Assembly: GCA_035637595.1 (NCBI GenBank)
Contig: DASPWW010000028.1
Location: 19,522 to 83,521 of the forward strand
DNA from: Solirubrobacterales bacterium
GTDB lineage: Bacteria; Actinomycetota; Thermoleophilia; Solirubrobacterales; 70-9
DNA length: 64,000 nt
Reading direction: 5' to 3'
Positions 35,320 to 43,764 of the stretch are shown piece by piece. The notes under the pieces are model-generated. The model saw only the letters and a program-made list of their open reading frames with translations, was not told the origin of the DNA and made no database searches. Within the stretch, counting starts at the first letter, position 1, and each line of letters opens with the position of its first letter. Position numbers and translations under genes: made by a program.

Positions 35320-36510
35320 CTAGCCGATGAGCAGGACGCGGGCCTCGGTGATGCTCGACCCGCCCGGCTCGACCGTCTCGGCCTGAGCGGTCACGAACAG
35401 CGATCCATGGCTGCGGTGAAGCGCCCTGCGTCCCGCGCGCGTGAGCTTGAGCTGTCCGTTGCGCGTCTCGCCGGCGCCGACCTCGAAGCTCCCGTTCTTG
35501 CTCAGGACCGTGCCGTTCGACAGCAGCGACAGCGTCCCGGCGCACGTGGCGCCCTCCTCGGGTGGGCACGACACGAGGACCTTGACCTTACCCCTGCGCC
35601 GCAGCTTGGCCGTCTCGCCGGTGACGCTAGCGCCGCGGCGCTCGCAGCCGACCTCGACGACGTCCTGAGCGTCCGACAGCGCGAGGTCTGCGCCGAGGCC
35701 GCAGTCGAGACGGTCGCGCGCTCCATCGGGCGAGTCGCCGCCGTTCAGCGTGTCGTCACCGTCCTCGCCATCGAGGTCGTCGGGGCCTCCCCGGCCGACG
35801 ATCAGGTCGTCACCGTTGTCTCCGAAGAGCCGGTTGGCGTTGGCGTCGCCGACGAGCACGTCGTCGAACAACGTCCCGTCCACCGACTCGACGCTGATCA
35901 AGTTGTCCGCCTCACCGGCGGGGCCGTCGTTCGGCTGGTCGTCGAGACTGGCGTTGACCGGCGCAAAGGAGTTCCCGAAGAACGCCTCGTCATCTCCCGC
36001 CCCACCGTTCATCTCGTCGTCGCCGGGGTCCCAGTAGAGCTGGTCGGCGCCGGGGCCCGTGTCGAGGACGTCGTTGCCCACGTCCCCCTGGGCGAAGTCG
36101 TCACCCGGACCCGTCTCGAGGACATCGTTGCCCGTGCCCCCAATGGCCTGGGTGATCACGTCGAGGTTCTGGTTGAGGAACCGGTCGTTGTCGCCCTGCA
36201 TAACCGCGGCCAGGAACACGACCGGCCCGGAGCCGGGTGGGTTGAGCGGGCAGGTGACCGTTTGGGGGTCGAGCGTCGCGCACGGTGGCGTGGTGGTCGT
36301 GATGCCGCCGGGCCCCTGGTCGGTGATCGTGATCGTGCCGCCGGCCTCCGAGACGCCGACGGCGTCGACGTCGTTCTCCCCGATGATGACCAGCTGGCTG
36401 AACTGCGGGGAGGTGCCCAGCTGGACCTGTGTCGCGGCGGAGGCGGAGCCGGCGCCCGCCGTGACGACGAGCGCGAAGCTCAATGCAAGTCCTCCCAGGC
36501 CCCGCTTCAT
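35320..36510 (-). CDS. Secreted calcium-binding repeat (RTX-type) protein, paralog B
   Basis: ORF 35320..36558 trimmed to ATG 36510 (MKRGLGGLALSFALVVTAGAGSASAATQ). Same layout as paralog A. Its stop is 6 nt before the paralog A start. Confidence 0.8.
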   Translation of the reverse strand: MKRGLGGLALSFALVVTAGAGSASAATQVQLGTSPQFSQLVIIGENDVDAVGVSEAGGTITITDQGPGGITTTTPPCATLDPQTVTCPLNPPGSGPVVFLAAVMQGDNDRFLNQNLDVITQAIGGTGNDVLETGPGDDFAQGDVGNDVLDTGPGADQLYWDPGDDEMNGGAGDDEAFFGNSFAPVNASLDDQPNDGPAGEADNLISVESVDGTLFDDVLVGDANANRLFGDNGDDLIVGRGGPDDLDGEDGDDTLNGGDSPDGARDRLDCGLGADLALSDAQDVVEVGCERRGASVTGETAKLRRRGKVKVLVSCPPEEGATCAGTLSLLSNGTVLSKNGSFEVGAGETRNGQLKLTRAGRRALHRSHGSLFVTAQAETVEPGGSSITEARVLLIG

Positions 36511-36554
36511 CGGCGGAGAGTATGCACACATGTCGGGGACGGCGCGCCGCTGGC

Positions 36555-37898
36555 TCAACCGGATGCGAGCTGCGCCAGCTCCGACTCGAAGCGCGGGTAG
36601 CTGACCGACACGGAGTCGAAGCCCCGCACCTCGACGCCCTCCCGCGAGGCCAGCCCGGCGACCGCGCCGAGCATCGCCATGCGGTGATCGCCGCGGGTGT
36701 CGAGCGCTCCGCCGCGCAAGCCGCCGGTACCGGTCACGGCGAATCCATCGGGCAGCGCCTCGATCTCGGCGCCGATCCCGCGCAGGCCGTCGACGACGGC
36801 CGCGATCCGGTCCGACTCCTTGTGGCGCAGCTCCTGCGCGCCGGTCACCACCGTGTCACCGTCGGCGAAGCAGCCGAGCAGGGCGACGAGCGGCAGCTCG
36901 TCGATCGCCAGCGGGACCTCGGCGGGCCCGACGCGAGTCGCCGTCAATCCCCCATGGCGGGCGCGAACCGTGCCGCGCGGCTCGTTGCCCGCCGCGGACT
37001 CGTCATCGACCTCCAGCAGCCCGCCCATCCTGTTGGCGATCCCGAGGAACCCGCTGCGCGTGGGGTTCAGGCCCACTTCGTCGATGCGCAGGTCGCTGCC
37101 GTGGACCAGCAGGGCCGCGGCGATGAGGAACGCCGCAGAGGACAGGTCGCCCGGGATCGCGATCGAGCCGAGCTCGATCGACCTTGTCCCACGCACCGTG
37201 ATCCGGCGCCGCTGTGGACTGCGAGCCGTGACGAGCGAGGACACGCTCTCGACCTCCAGCGACGCGCCCGCGGCGCGCAGCATGCGCTCCGTGTGATCGC
37301 GTGTCGGCGCCGGCTCCGTGACCCGCGTCTCGCCGTCGGCGAGCAGGCCGGCGAGCAGGACGCATGACTTGACCTGGGCGCTGGCGATCGGGAGCTCGTA
37401 GGAGATGCCGCTCAGGGCCGCGCCCTCGACGCGCAGCGGCGGCAGGCGCTCGTCGCGGCATTCCAGCCGGGCGCCCATCTCGCGCAACGGCTGCGCCACC
37501 CGGTCGACCGGGCGGCGGCGAATCGACTCGTCGCCGTCGAGGGTCCACGCGCCACGGCCCTGGCCGGCGAGCCACCCCGGCAGGACCCGCAGCAGCGTTC
37601 CGGCGTTGCCGACGTCGATCCCCGAAGCTCCGTCGAAGCGCGCGCCCCGAAGCCCCACCCCGCGAATCTTCAGGTCGAGGCGCCCGGGCCCGGCGACCGC
37701 CTCCTCGATGTCGGCCCCCAGGCCCCCGACCGCCACCAGGGTTGATCGCGTGTCGTGGGAGTCGAGGTAGCTCTCGACGCGGCACTCGCCCTCCCCCATC
37801 GCCGCGACGATCGCGGCGCGGTGCGAGATCGACTTGTCGGGCGGAGGTGTGAGCTCTCCCCGGAGCGGGCCCGAGGGCTCGAACCTGACGGCGCTCAT
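36555..37898 (-). CDS. aroA: 3-phosphoshikimate 1-carboxyvinyltransferase (EPSP synthase)
   Basis: ORF 36555..37985 trimmed to ATG 37898 (ATGA overlap with the tyrA stop). It has PPDKSISHRAAIVAA and other EPSPS blocks. Confidence 0.92.
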   Translation of the reverse strand: MSAVRFEPSGPLRGELTPPPDKSISHRAAIVAAMGEGECRVESYLDSHDTRSTLVAVGGLGADIEEAVAGPGRLDLKIRGVGLRGARFDGASGIDVGNAGTLLRVLPGWLAGQGRGAWTLDGDESIRRRPVDRVAQPLREMGARLECRDERLPPLRVEGAALSGISYELPIASAQVKSCVLLAGLLADGETRVTEPAPTRDHTERMLRAAGASLEVESVSSLVTARSPQRRRITVRGTRSIELGSIAIPGDLSSAAFLIAAALLVHGSDLRIDEVGLNPTRSGFLGIANRMGGLLEVDDESAAGNEPRGTVRARHGGLTATRVGPAEVPLAIDELPLVALLGCFADGDTVVTGAQELRHKESDRIAAVVDGLRGIGAEIEALPDGFAVTGTGGLRGGALDTRGDHRMAMLGAVAGLASREGVEVRGFDSVSVSYPRFESELAQLASG

Positions 37899-38989
37899 TC
37901 GCCGCGAGGTACGGCGGAGACCGAGTGACCGAGCCGGCCCACTATCTCTGAGGCGCGCTCCGCCTCCTCGGCCCCGGCGATCCACAGCGTGATCGCGCCC
38001 GAGTGCATGTCGGCCGCGGGGTCGAGCGCCATGTCCTCGATGTTGACGCCCGCCTCCCCGAGGGCGAGGGCGATCTCCGCGACGGTGCCGGGCCGGTTGT
38101 CGACGACGACCCGCAACTCGTGCAGCGGCCCCCCGACGCCCTCGCCCTCGAGCAGCGCCCGCCGGTCCTCGAGCGCCCGGTGGTGCCAGGCGGCGACCGC
38201 CTCCGTGTCGCCGCCGCGCATCAGCTCGGCGACGGCGCGCAGCCGGTCGACCACTGCGTCTATCTCCCGCGCCACGGCATCCCTGTTGGCCGCGAAGATG
38301 TCGCCCCAGATCGCGGGATTGGCGCCCGCGACCCGCGTCGAGTCACGGAAGCTGCGACCCACCTCCGGCATGCGCTCAGACTCGGCGGCGCTGGCCGCGG
38401 CGGCCTGGGAGGCCAGGACGTTGGCGAGAACGTGCGGCAGGTGGCTGACGGTGGCCATCAGCCGATCGTGCGTCTCGGCGTCGATCGCCTGGGGGCGCGC
38501 CCCGAGCTCGGAGATCGCGCGCTGAAGCCGGTCGTAGAGCAGCCCGCTCGACCGCTCGGTCGGGGTCAGGTACCAGCGCGCGCCCTCGAACAGGTCAGGA
38601 CGTGCGCCCTCCACCCCCGAGGTCTCCGCGCCGGCCAGCGGGTGCCCGCCGATGAAGCGTTCGCCGGCCGCTCCGGCGGCCAGCTCGGCGACGAGCTGGC
38701 GCTTCGTCGAGCCGACGTCGGTGACGACGGCGTCGGGGCCGCTCGCCTCGACGGCCTCGGCGACGAGCGCGGGCAACGCGCCGACCGGCGCGGCGCAGAA
38801 CACGAACTGGGCGCCGGCGACCGCATCGGCCACCGACCCGCACGCGACGTCGAGCGCCTCACGTTCTTGCGCGCGGTCGAGGATCGCCCTGTCGGGGTCG
38901 AACCCGGCGACCTCGGCGCCGAGCCGCCGCCTCGCCGCAAGCCCGATCGAGCCGCCGATCAGACCGACGCCGAGGACGGCGACCTTCAT
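37895..38989 (-). CDS. tyrA: Prephenate dehydrogenase with C-terminal ACT domain
   Basis: ORF 37895..39415 trimmed to ATG 38989 (MKVAVLGVGLIGGSIG Rossmann). It has the PDH core GGHPLAG and an ACT-like tail LRVVVDNRPGTVAEIALALGEAGVNIED. Confidence 0.9.
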   Translation of the reverse strand: MKVAVLGVGLIGGSIGLAARRRLGAEVAGFDPDRAILDRAQEREALDVACGSVADAVAGAQFVFCAAPVGALPALVAEAVEASGPDAVVTDVGSTKRQLVAELAAGAAGERFIGGHPLAGAETSGVEGARPDLFEGARWYLTPTERSSGLLYDRLQRAISELGARPQAIDAETHDRLMATVSHLPHVLANVLASQAAAASAAESERMPEVGRSFRDSTRVAGANPAIWGDIFAANRDAVAREIDAVVDRLRAVAELMRGGDTEAVAAWHHRALEDRRALLEGEGVGGPLHELRVVVDNRPGTVAEIALALGEAGVNIEDMALDPAADMHSGAITLWIAGAEEAERASEIVGRLGHSVSAVPRGE

Positions 38990-38994
38990 TGCGC

Positions 38995-40020
38995 CTAGAC
39001 GCGGCTCAGCTCTTTGCCCGCCAGCTCGGCGACCCGCTGGAGCTGCTCCGCGTACTCGGCAAAGCGCTCCGTCGCGATCGCCTGCGGACCGTCGCAGATC
39101 GCCTCGTCGGGCTCGTTGTGGACCTCGACGATGATCCCGTCGGCCCCCGCCGCGGCCGCGGCGAGCGACATCGGCTGCACCCAGTCGCGCCTCCCGGCGG
39201 CGTGGCTCGGGTCCACGATCACCGGCAGGTGGGTCAGCTCCCGCAGCACAGGGACCGCGAGCAGGTCGAGCGTGAACCTGTACGAGGTCTCGAACGTGCG
39301 TATGCCGCGCTCGCAGAGCATGACGTTCTCGTTGCCCTCCTTGAGCACGTACTCGGCCGCCATCAGCAGCTCCTCGAGCGTCGCCGCGAGCCCGCGCTTG
39401 AGCAGCACGGCGCATTCGGTGCGCCCGGCCTCGGCGAGCAGCGAGTAGTTCTGCATGTTCCGGGCGCCGATCTGGATCACGTCGGCGACCTCGACGACGT
39501 CCTCGACGTCGCGCACGTCCATCAGCTCGGTGACGACGGGCAGGCCGGTCTGCTCCTTGGCCTCCTGGAGCATCGCCAGCCCCTCGCTTCCCAGGCCCTG
39601 GAAGCTGTAGGGGGAGGTGCGCGGCTTGTACGCGCCGCCGCGCAGCATCGCCGCGCCGTTGTCCGCGACGCAGCGCGCGACCTCGAGCGTCTGCTCGCGG
39701 CTCTCGACCGTGCAGGGACCGGCGATCAGGGCGAAATTGTCGCCCCCCACGCGGCGCCCCTCTATCTCGAGCACGCTGCGCTCGCCCTTCTTGAACTGCG
39801 CCGAGGCGAGCTTGTAGGGCTTCAGGATCGGGACCAGGTGATCGACGCCGGCCGCTCCCTCGAGCCCCAGGCCCGCCACGCGGTCGCGGTCGCCGATCGC
39901 CCCGATCACGGTCAGGACGTCGCCCCGCGAGACGTGGGCCGAGCAGCCCACCGACTCGACCCGCTCGACGACCGCATCGATCTGCTCGCCGGTCGCCCCC
40001 TCTTTCATCACGATCATCAT
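38995..40020 (-). CDS. 3-deoxy-7-phosphoheptulonate (DAHP) synthase, type I-beta with N-terminal ferredoxin-like regulatory domain
   Basis: 341 aa. [22 protein letters not shown] (regulatory domain) is followed by [28 protein letters not shown] and IGARNMQN. Confidence 0.92.
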   Translation of the reverse strand: MMIVMKEGATGEQIDAVVERVESVGCSAHVSRGDVLTVIGAIGDRDRVAGLGLEGAAGVDHLVPILKPYKLASAQFKKGERSVLEIEGRRVGGDNFALIAGPCTVESREQTLEVARCVADNGAAMLRGGAYKPRTSPYSFQGLGSEGLAMLQEAKEQTGLPVVTELMDVRDVEDVVEVADVIQIGARNMQNYSLLAEAGRTECAVLLKRGLAATLEELLMAAEYVLKEGNENVMLCERGIRTFETSYRFTLDLLAVPVLRELTHLPVIVDPSHAAGRRDWVQPMSLAAAAAGADGIIVEVHNEPDEAICDGPQAIATERFAEYAEQLQRVAELAGKELSRV

Positions 40021-40101
40021 TGTGTTGCTGCCTTTCGAAGAACCTTCTCGGAGTCCTTGTTGGGTTTACCTGTACGGGTCTCGGCGTGGGGCCGAGGATC
40101 G

Positions 40102-40160
40102 AGGCGTCCGGCGGAAATCGTTCACGTTCGGCGGCTCAGGCAGCCGCGGGCCGGACGCCT
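40102..40160 (-). promoter_or_regulatory. Attenuator-like RNA element: an 11-nt perfect long-range pairing enclosing a 6-bp hairpin, immediately after the leader ORF
   Basis: RNA AGGCGUCCGGC (40160->40150, starting inside the leader stop codon) is complementary to GCCGGACGCCU (40112->40102). The inner hairpin is GCGGCU-GCCUG-AGCCGC (40147->40131). A further hairpin CUCGGC-CCCAC-GCCGAG lies at 40096->40080. Confidence 0.4.
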
Positions 40161-40227
40161 AGATAAATCGCCAATAACGGTAATAACGCAGGCGGGCAGG
40201 CGGAGCGGGGCCGCGATTGGCGGCCAT
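40159..40227 (-). CDS. Candidate leader peptide MAANRGPAPPARLRYYRYWRFI (22 aa) upstream of DAHP synthase-tyrA-aroA
   Basis: Not in the ORF track because it is too short. ATG at 40227, TAG at 40161-40159. Codons are TAT TAC CGT TAT TGG CGA TTT, so five of the last eight sense codons are aromatic. They use A/T-ending codons unusual for this genome. No clear SD. Confidence 0.45.
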   Translation of the reverse strand: MAANRGPAPPARLRYYRYWRFI

Positions 40228-40292
40228 GCCGGTGTGGTGCGTGCCGAGGCGCGTCACTGATCGAACGTTGTAGCAGGGATCGCTGCCCAGCG

Positions 40293-40309
40293 CAAACCGC
40301 AAATTGCGG
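40293..40309 (-). terminator. Weak terminator-like hairpin right after the 40315..41547 gene
   Basis: CCGCA-AUU-UGCGG followed by UUUG, beginning 6 nt after the TAG stop. Confidence 0.25.
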
Positions 40310-40314
40310 CGGCG

Positions 40315-41547
40315 CTACTTGTGCTTGCGCTTCACGCGCCAGGTCCGCGAGTCGGGCGTCGGATCGACGTTGCCGGAGGCGTCGATCGAAAAGACGCGGA
40401 AGACGTGCTTGCCGATCCCGACGCGGTATCCCTTGGGCGACTCGCACGGCTTGTACGGCACGTCGTCGACGCTGCACATCAGGATCGCCCCCGCGGGCTC
40501 GCTGGTGCCGAACTTGAACTTTGCCAGGTGGTGCTTGGAGCGCTTCTCGGGGCCCTTGAGGATCTTGGTCTCGGGCGGATTGACGTCGGGCGGCGGCGGG
40601 CCGACGACGTACTCGTCGGCGCCGATGTCCACGCCGTAGCCCTGGACGCGGGGCTCGCCGTCTACGTCCTCGCTGCCGACGCCGGACCAATACCCCCCGC
40701 GCTCGATCGTCGGCGACTCCGGACCCTCGTGGAAGTCCCCGGCGGCCGCGTTGACAAAGAGCGGCGGGTCGGTCTGGTTGTAGGCCGTTCCCGGTGCCGT
40801 TGCAAAGCTGTTCGCTCCGACGAGGCTGAGCGTCGCGAAGTTGCTGTGGTCGAGGTCGACGTTGGCGCCCGAGGCCGCGTTGCTGGTCGCCTCGACGTCG
40901 ACCCCCGCACCCTTCGCGATCACGTTGACGGCGCGCAGGTCCGCCAGCCCGCCGCCGGACGCCTCGGCCTCGATGCCCCGCGCCCCGGCGCCCTCGCCAA
41001 TGGCGGTGACGTTGCGCAGGACGGACTGCTCGAACGCTGAGCCGACCGTCATCCCGGCGGCGCTGCCGGCGGTTCCCGTCGACCAGCAGATGCTGTCGCG
41101 CAGCGTCGCGCCGCGCACCTGGCAGGCGAACTGCGAGCTCCCGGTCTGGGCTACCACCTGCTCCGCGATGCCGGCGTCCAGGAAGAGCGCGTCGCCGATT
41201 CCGACGTGGACTATGTGCAGGCGGCGGACAAGCGCACCCGCGCCGGTCACGCTGACGCCCGTCGGCGCCGACGACACGACGAGCGGCGACGGTGCCCCCG
41301 CCTGGCCGTGGACCAGGATCGAGGCGGACACGTCGAGCTGGTCGGTCTCGCCGTAGCTGCCCGGCAGCACCACGACCTCGTCCCCGCCGACGGCCGACTC
41401 GACCGCGACCTGGAGATCGCAGGGCGCGTTGGTTGAGCAGGCGACCCCGGACCCACCGGGCGACGCGTAGCGGACATCGGCGGACGCCGAGGCGGAGGCG
41501 GCGAGCGACACCGTCGCGATCGCCGCGAGGGCGGCCCCTGCCTTCAT
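40315..41547 (-). CDS. Secreted beta-helix-like protein with a divergent copy of the basic Ig-like C-terminal module
   Basis: 410 aa with signal peptide MKAGAALAAIATVSLAASASASA and cap motif PPLFVNAAAGDFHEGPESPTIERG..DIGADEYV. Tail is PPETKILKGPEKRSKHHLAKFKFGTSEP..CSVDD..GKHVFRV..DASGNVDPTP..WRVKRKHK. Confidence 0.85.
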   Translation of the reverse strand: MKAGAALAAIATVSLAASASASADVRYASPGGSGVACSTNAPCDLQVAVESAVGGDEVVVLPGSYGETDQLDVSASILVHGQAGAPSPLVVSSAPTGVSVTGAGALVRRLHIVHVGIGDALFLDAGIAEQVVAQTGSSQFACQVRGATLRDSICWSTGTAGSAAGMTVGSAFEQSVLRNVTAIGEGAGARGIEAEASGGGLADLRAVNVIAKGAGVDVEATSNAASGANVDLDHSNFATLSLVGANSFATAPGTAYNQTDPPLFVNAAAGDFHEGPESPTIERGGYWSGVGSEDVDGEPRVQGYGVDIGADEYVVGPPPPDVNPPETKILKGPEKRSKHHLAKFKFGTSEPAGAILMCSVDDVPYKPCESPKGYRVGIGKHVFRVFSIDASGNVDPTPDSRTWRVKRKHK

Positions 41548-41556
41548 CGGCTCACC

Positions 41557-42648
41557 CTACAGCGCCTCGCGCAGGGCCTCGACGAACCTCTCGTTCTCAT
41601 TCCTGGTGCCGTGGGTGACCCGGATGTGGCCCGGGCCCCCGAGGCCCTCGCCCGGGCGGACGATGACTCCGGACTTTCCAAGCGACTCCACCACCTCGCC
41701 CTCGTCGCGATCGCCGAGCGCGACCCAGGAGAAGTTCGCCTCGGTCTCGGCGGTCGTAAGACCGAGGCCGCCGAGCTCCTCCTCGACCCACAGTCGCTCG
41801 ACGACGGTGCGCTCGATGCGGCGCGTCATGTCGTCCTGGTGGAGGATCGCCTCGGCGGCGGCGGCCTGGGCAAGCGAGTTGACGCTGAACGGCTGGCGAA
41901 CGGCGTCGACCGCGGCGCGGAAGCGCGCCGAGGACAGCGCGTAGCCGACGCGCATCCCCGCGAGGCCGTAAGACTTGCTGAAGGTCCGCAGGCAGACGAG
42001 GTTGGGGTGAGCGCGCAGCAGGTCGAGACTCGCCTCGGGATCGTCGCTGACCTGGAACTCGATGTAGGCCTCGTCGAGGATCACGGTGACGTGATCCGGG
42101 ACGCGGTCGACGAACTCGCCGATCCGCTGAGCCGGCAGGTAGGTGCCGGTCGGGTTGTTGGGGTTGCAGATCAGGACGAGCTGGGTCGCCGCCGTTATCT
42201 CGGTGAGGATGGCATCCAGGTCGTGCACGTAGCCGTCGGCGAGCGGCACTCGGATCTCGCGCGCGCCCGAGAGGGCGGCGAGGTGCGGGTACATCGAGAA
42301 CGCCGGCCACGCGTAGACGAGCTCCGCGCCGGGCTCGCACAGCGCCTCCGCCGCGGCGAGCAGCAGCTCGCACGATCCGTTGCCGACCGCGATCCGGGCC
42401 GGGTCGGCGTCGTAGCGCTCGGCGATCCGGCGCCGCAGCGTGCGTGCATGCTGGTCCGGGTAGCGATTGGCCTCCGCGGCGGCGCGCGCTACCGCCTCGA
42501 CGACCGCCGGGTGCGGTGGCCAGGCCGACTCGTTCGAGGCGAGCTTGATCGCGTTCTTCGCGCCGTAGGCGTGCCTCGCATCGGCCGCCGGCATTCCGGC
42601 GTCGTAGTGCGGCATCCGCGCGAGCTTGTCCGCAAAGGTGACCGTCAT
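41557..42648 (-). CDS. hisC: Histidinol-phosphate / aromatic aminotransferase (class II PLP enzyme)
   Basis: ORF 41557..43035 trimmed to ATG 42648 (MTVTFADKLARMPHY). It has NPNNPTG and the PLP lysine block FSKSYGLAGMRVGY. It sits in an aromatic-pathway context. Confidence 0.88.
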   Translation of the reverse strand: MTVTFADKLARMPHYDAGMPAADARHAYGAKNAIKLASNESAWPPHPAVVEAVARAAAEANRYPDQHARTLRRRIAERYDADPARIAVGNGSCELLLAAAEALCEPGAELVYAWPAFSMYPHLAALSGAREIRVPLADGYVHDLDAILTEITAATQLVLICNPNNPTGTYLPAQRIGEFVDRVPDHVTVILDEAYIEFQVSDDPEASLDLLRAHPNLVCLRTFSKSYGLAGMRVGYALSSARFRAAVDAVRQPFSVNSLAQAAAAEAILHQDDMTRRIERTVVERLWVEEELGGLGLTTAETEANFSWVALGDRDEGEVVESLGKSGVIVRPGEGLGGPGHIRVTHGTRNENERFVEALREAL

Positions 42649-42677
42649 CGGCGCTCTATTGTGGCGGCCGTCTCCGA

Positions 42678-43052
42678 CTACTGCGCGGATTCCAGGTCCG
42701 AGCGCAGAGCCTGGGCCTCGCCGAGATAGGCGTGCGTCGGTTGGTGGGCGTTGTCCGCGTAGTAGTGGACCAGCACCCGGATGACCCGCTGCATCGCTCC
42801 CGGCACGTCGACCTCGGTGGCGCACAGAAGGGGGACCGCGCCGAGTCCCAGGCGCCGCGCCGCGACCGCGGGGAACTCCGCGTCGAGGTCGGGCGTGAGG
42901 GTGAAGATGCAGCTCACCATCGCTCGCCGCTCGAGCTGGTTGCGGCTCATCAGCTCGCCGACGAGCTGCTCCGTCGCCGCGAGGATCGCCGCGGCGTCGT
43001 TGCGATCCACCTGAACCGCTCCCCGAACCGCCCAAAGTCGCTCGTCAGTCAT
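42678..43052 (-). CDS. aroH: Chorismate mutase, AroH class
   Basis: ORF 42678..43415 trimmed to ATG 43052 (MTDERLWAVRGAVQV...). It has FTLTPDLDAEFPAVAAR and IRVLVHYY as in B. subtilis AroH. 8-nt overlap with rluB. Confidence 0.85.
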   Translation of the reverse strand: MTDERLWAVRGAVQVDRNDAAAILAATEQLVGELMSRNQLERRAMVSCIFTLTPDLDAEFPAVAARRLGLGAVPLLCATEVDVPGAMQRVIRVLVHYYADNAHQPTHAYLGEAQALRSDLESAQ

Positions 43053-43746
43053 GCGGGGCGGAATCTTCCCAGAGCCGCTCGACCTCCCTCGGATCGAGCC
43101 GCCGTGTCTCGCCGACCGCCAGCCGCCCGAGGCGCAGCGACCCGAACACGACGCGCTCGAGCGACTCGACCTCGTTGCCGATTGCTTCGGCCATGCGCCG
43201 CACCTGGCGGTTGCGCCCCTCGTGGATCGTGATCTCGATCTCGCGCCGGCCGCGGCGTCGCACCCGGGCCGGCGCGGTTGGACCGTCGTCGAGCTCGACG
43301 CCCTCGCGCAGCCGTCGCAGGTCGTGATCGGATGGCGCACGGCGCAGGCGAACGCGGTAGGTGCGCGGCACCTCGTGGCGCGGATGGGTGAGGCGGTTCG
43401 CGAGCTCGCCGTCATTGGTCACCAGGATGAGGCCGCTGGAGTCCGCATCGAGCCGTCCGACCGGATAGAGGCGCGCACGCGAGTCGACCAGCTCCACGAC
43501 CGCCCGCCGCCGCCCCGGCTCGCGCGCGGTCGAGGTGACGCCCGGCGGCTTGTTGACCGCCCAGACCTCGCGCGGCTCGGGCGTCACCGGCGAGCCGTCT
43601 ACGGTGACGCCGCTGGACTCGTCCACCTCGCGCGCCGGGTCGGTGACGGTTCGCCCGCCGACCGTCACCCTGCCGGCCGCGATCAGCTCCTCGGCCGCGC
43701 GCCGCGACGCGACGCCGCAGTGGGCCAGGTACTTGGCGAGCCTCAT
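43045..43746 (-). CDS. rluB: 23S rRNA pseudouridine synthase RluB
   Basis: 233 aa with an S4 domain (MRLAKYLAHCGVASRRAAEELI) and catalytic block VGRLDADSSGLILVTNDGELANRLTHP. Confidence 0.9.
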   Translation of the reverse strand: MRLAKYLAHCGVASRRAAEELIAAGRVTVGGRTVTDPAREVDESSGVTVDGSPVTPEPREVWAVNKPPGVTSTAREPGRRRAVVELVDSRARLYPVGRLDADSSGLILVTNDGELANRLTHPRHEVPRTYRVRLRRAPSDHDLRRLREGVELDDGPTAPARVRRRGRREIEITIHEGRNRQVRRMAEAIGNEVESLERVVFGSLRLGRLAVGETRRLDPREVERLWEDSAPHD

Positions 43747-43764
43747 CGCGGGCCAACCGACGGC

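Noticed and set aside
40173-40188. Direct repeat AATAACG (40173-40179 and 40182-40188, 9-bp period) in the AT-rich island, first considered as a regulator binding site or promoter.
   Set aside because: It is better explained as the CGT-TAT-T..CGT-TAT-T codon repetition (Arg-Tyr, Arg-Tyr) inside the candidate leader peptide. A DNA-level role cannot be excluded.
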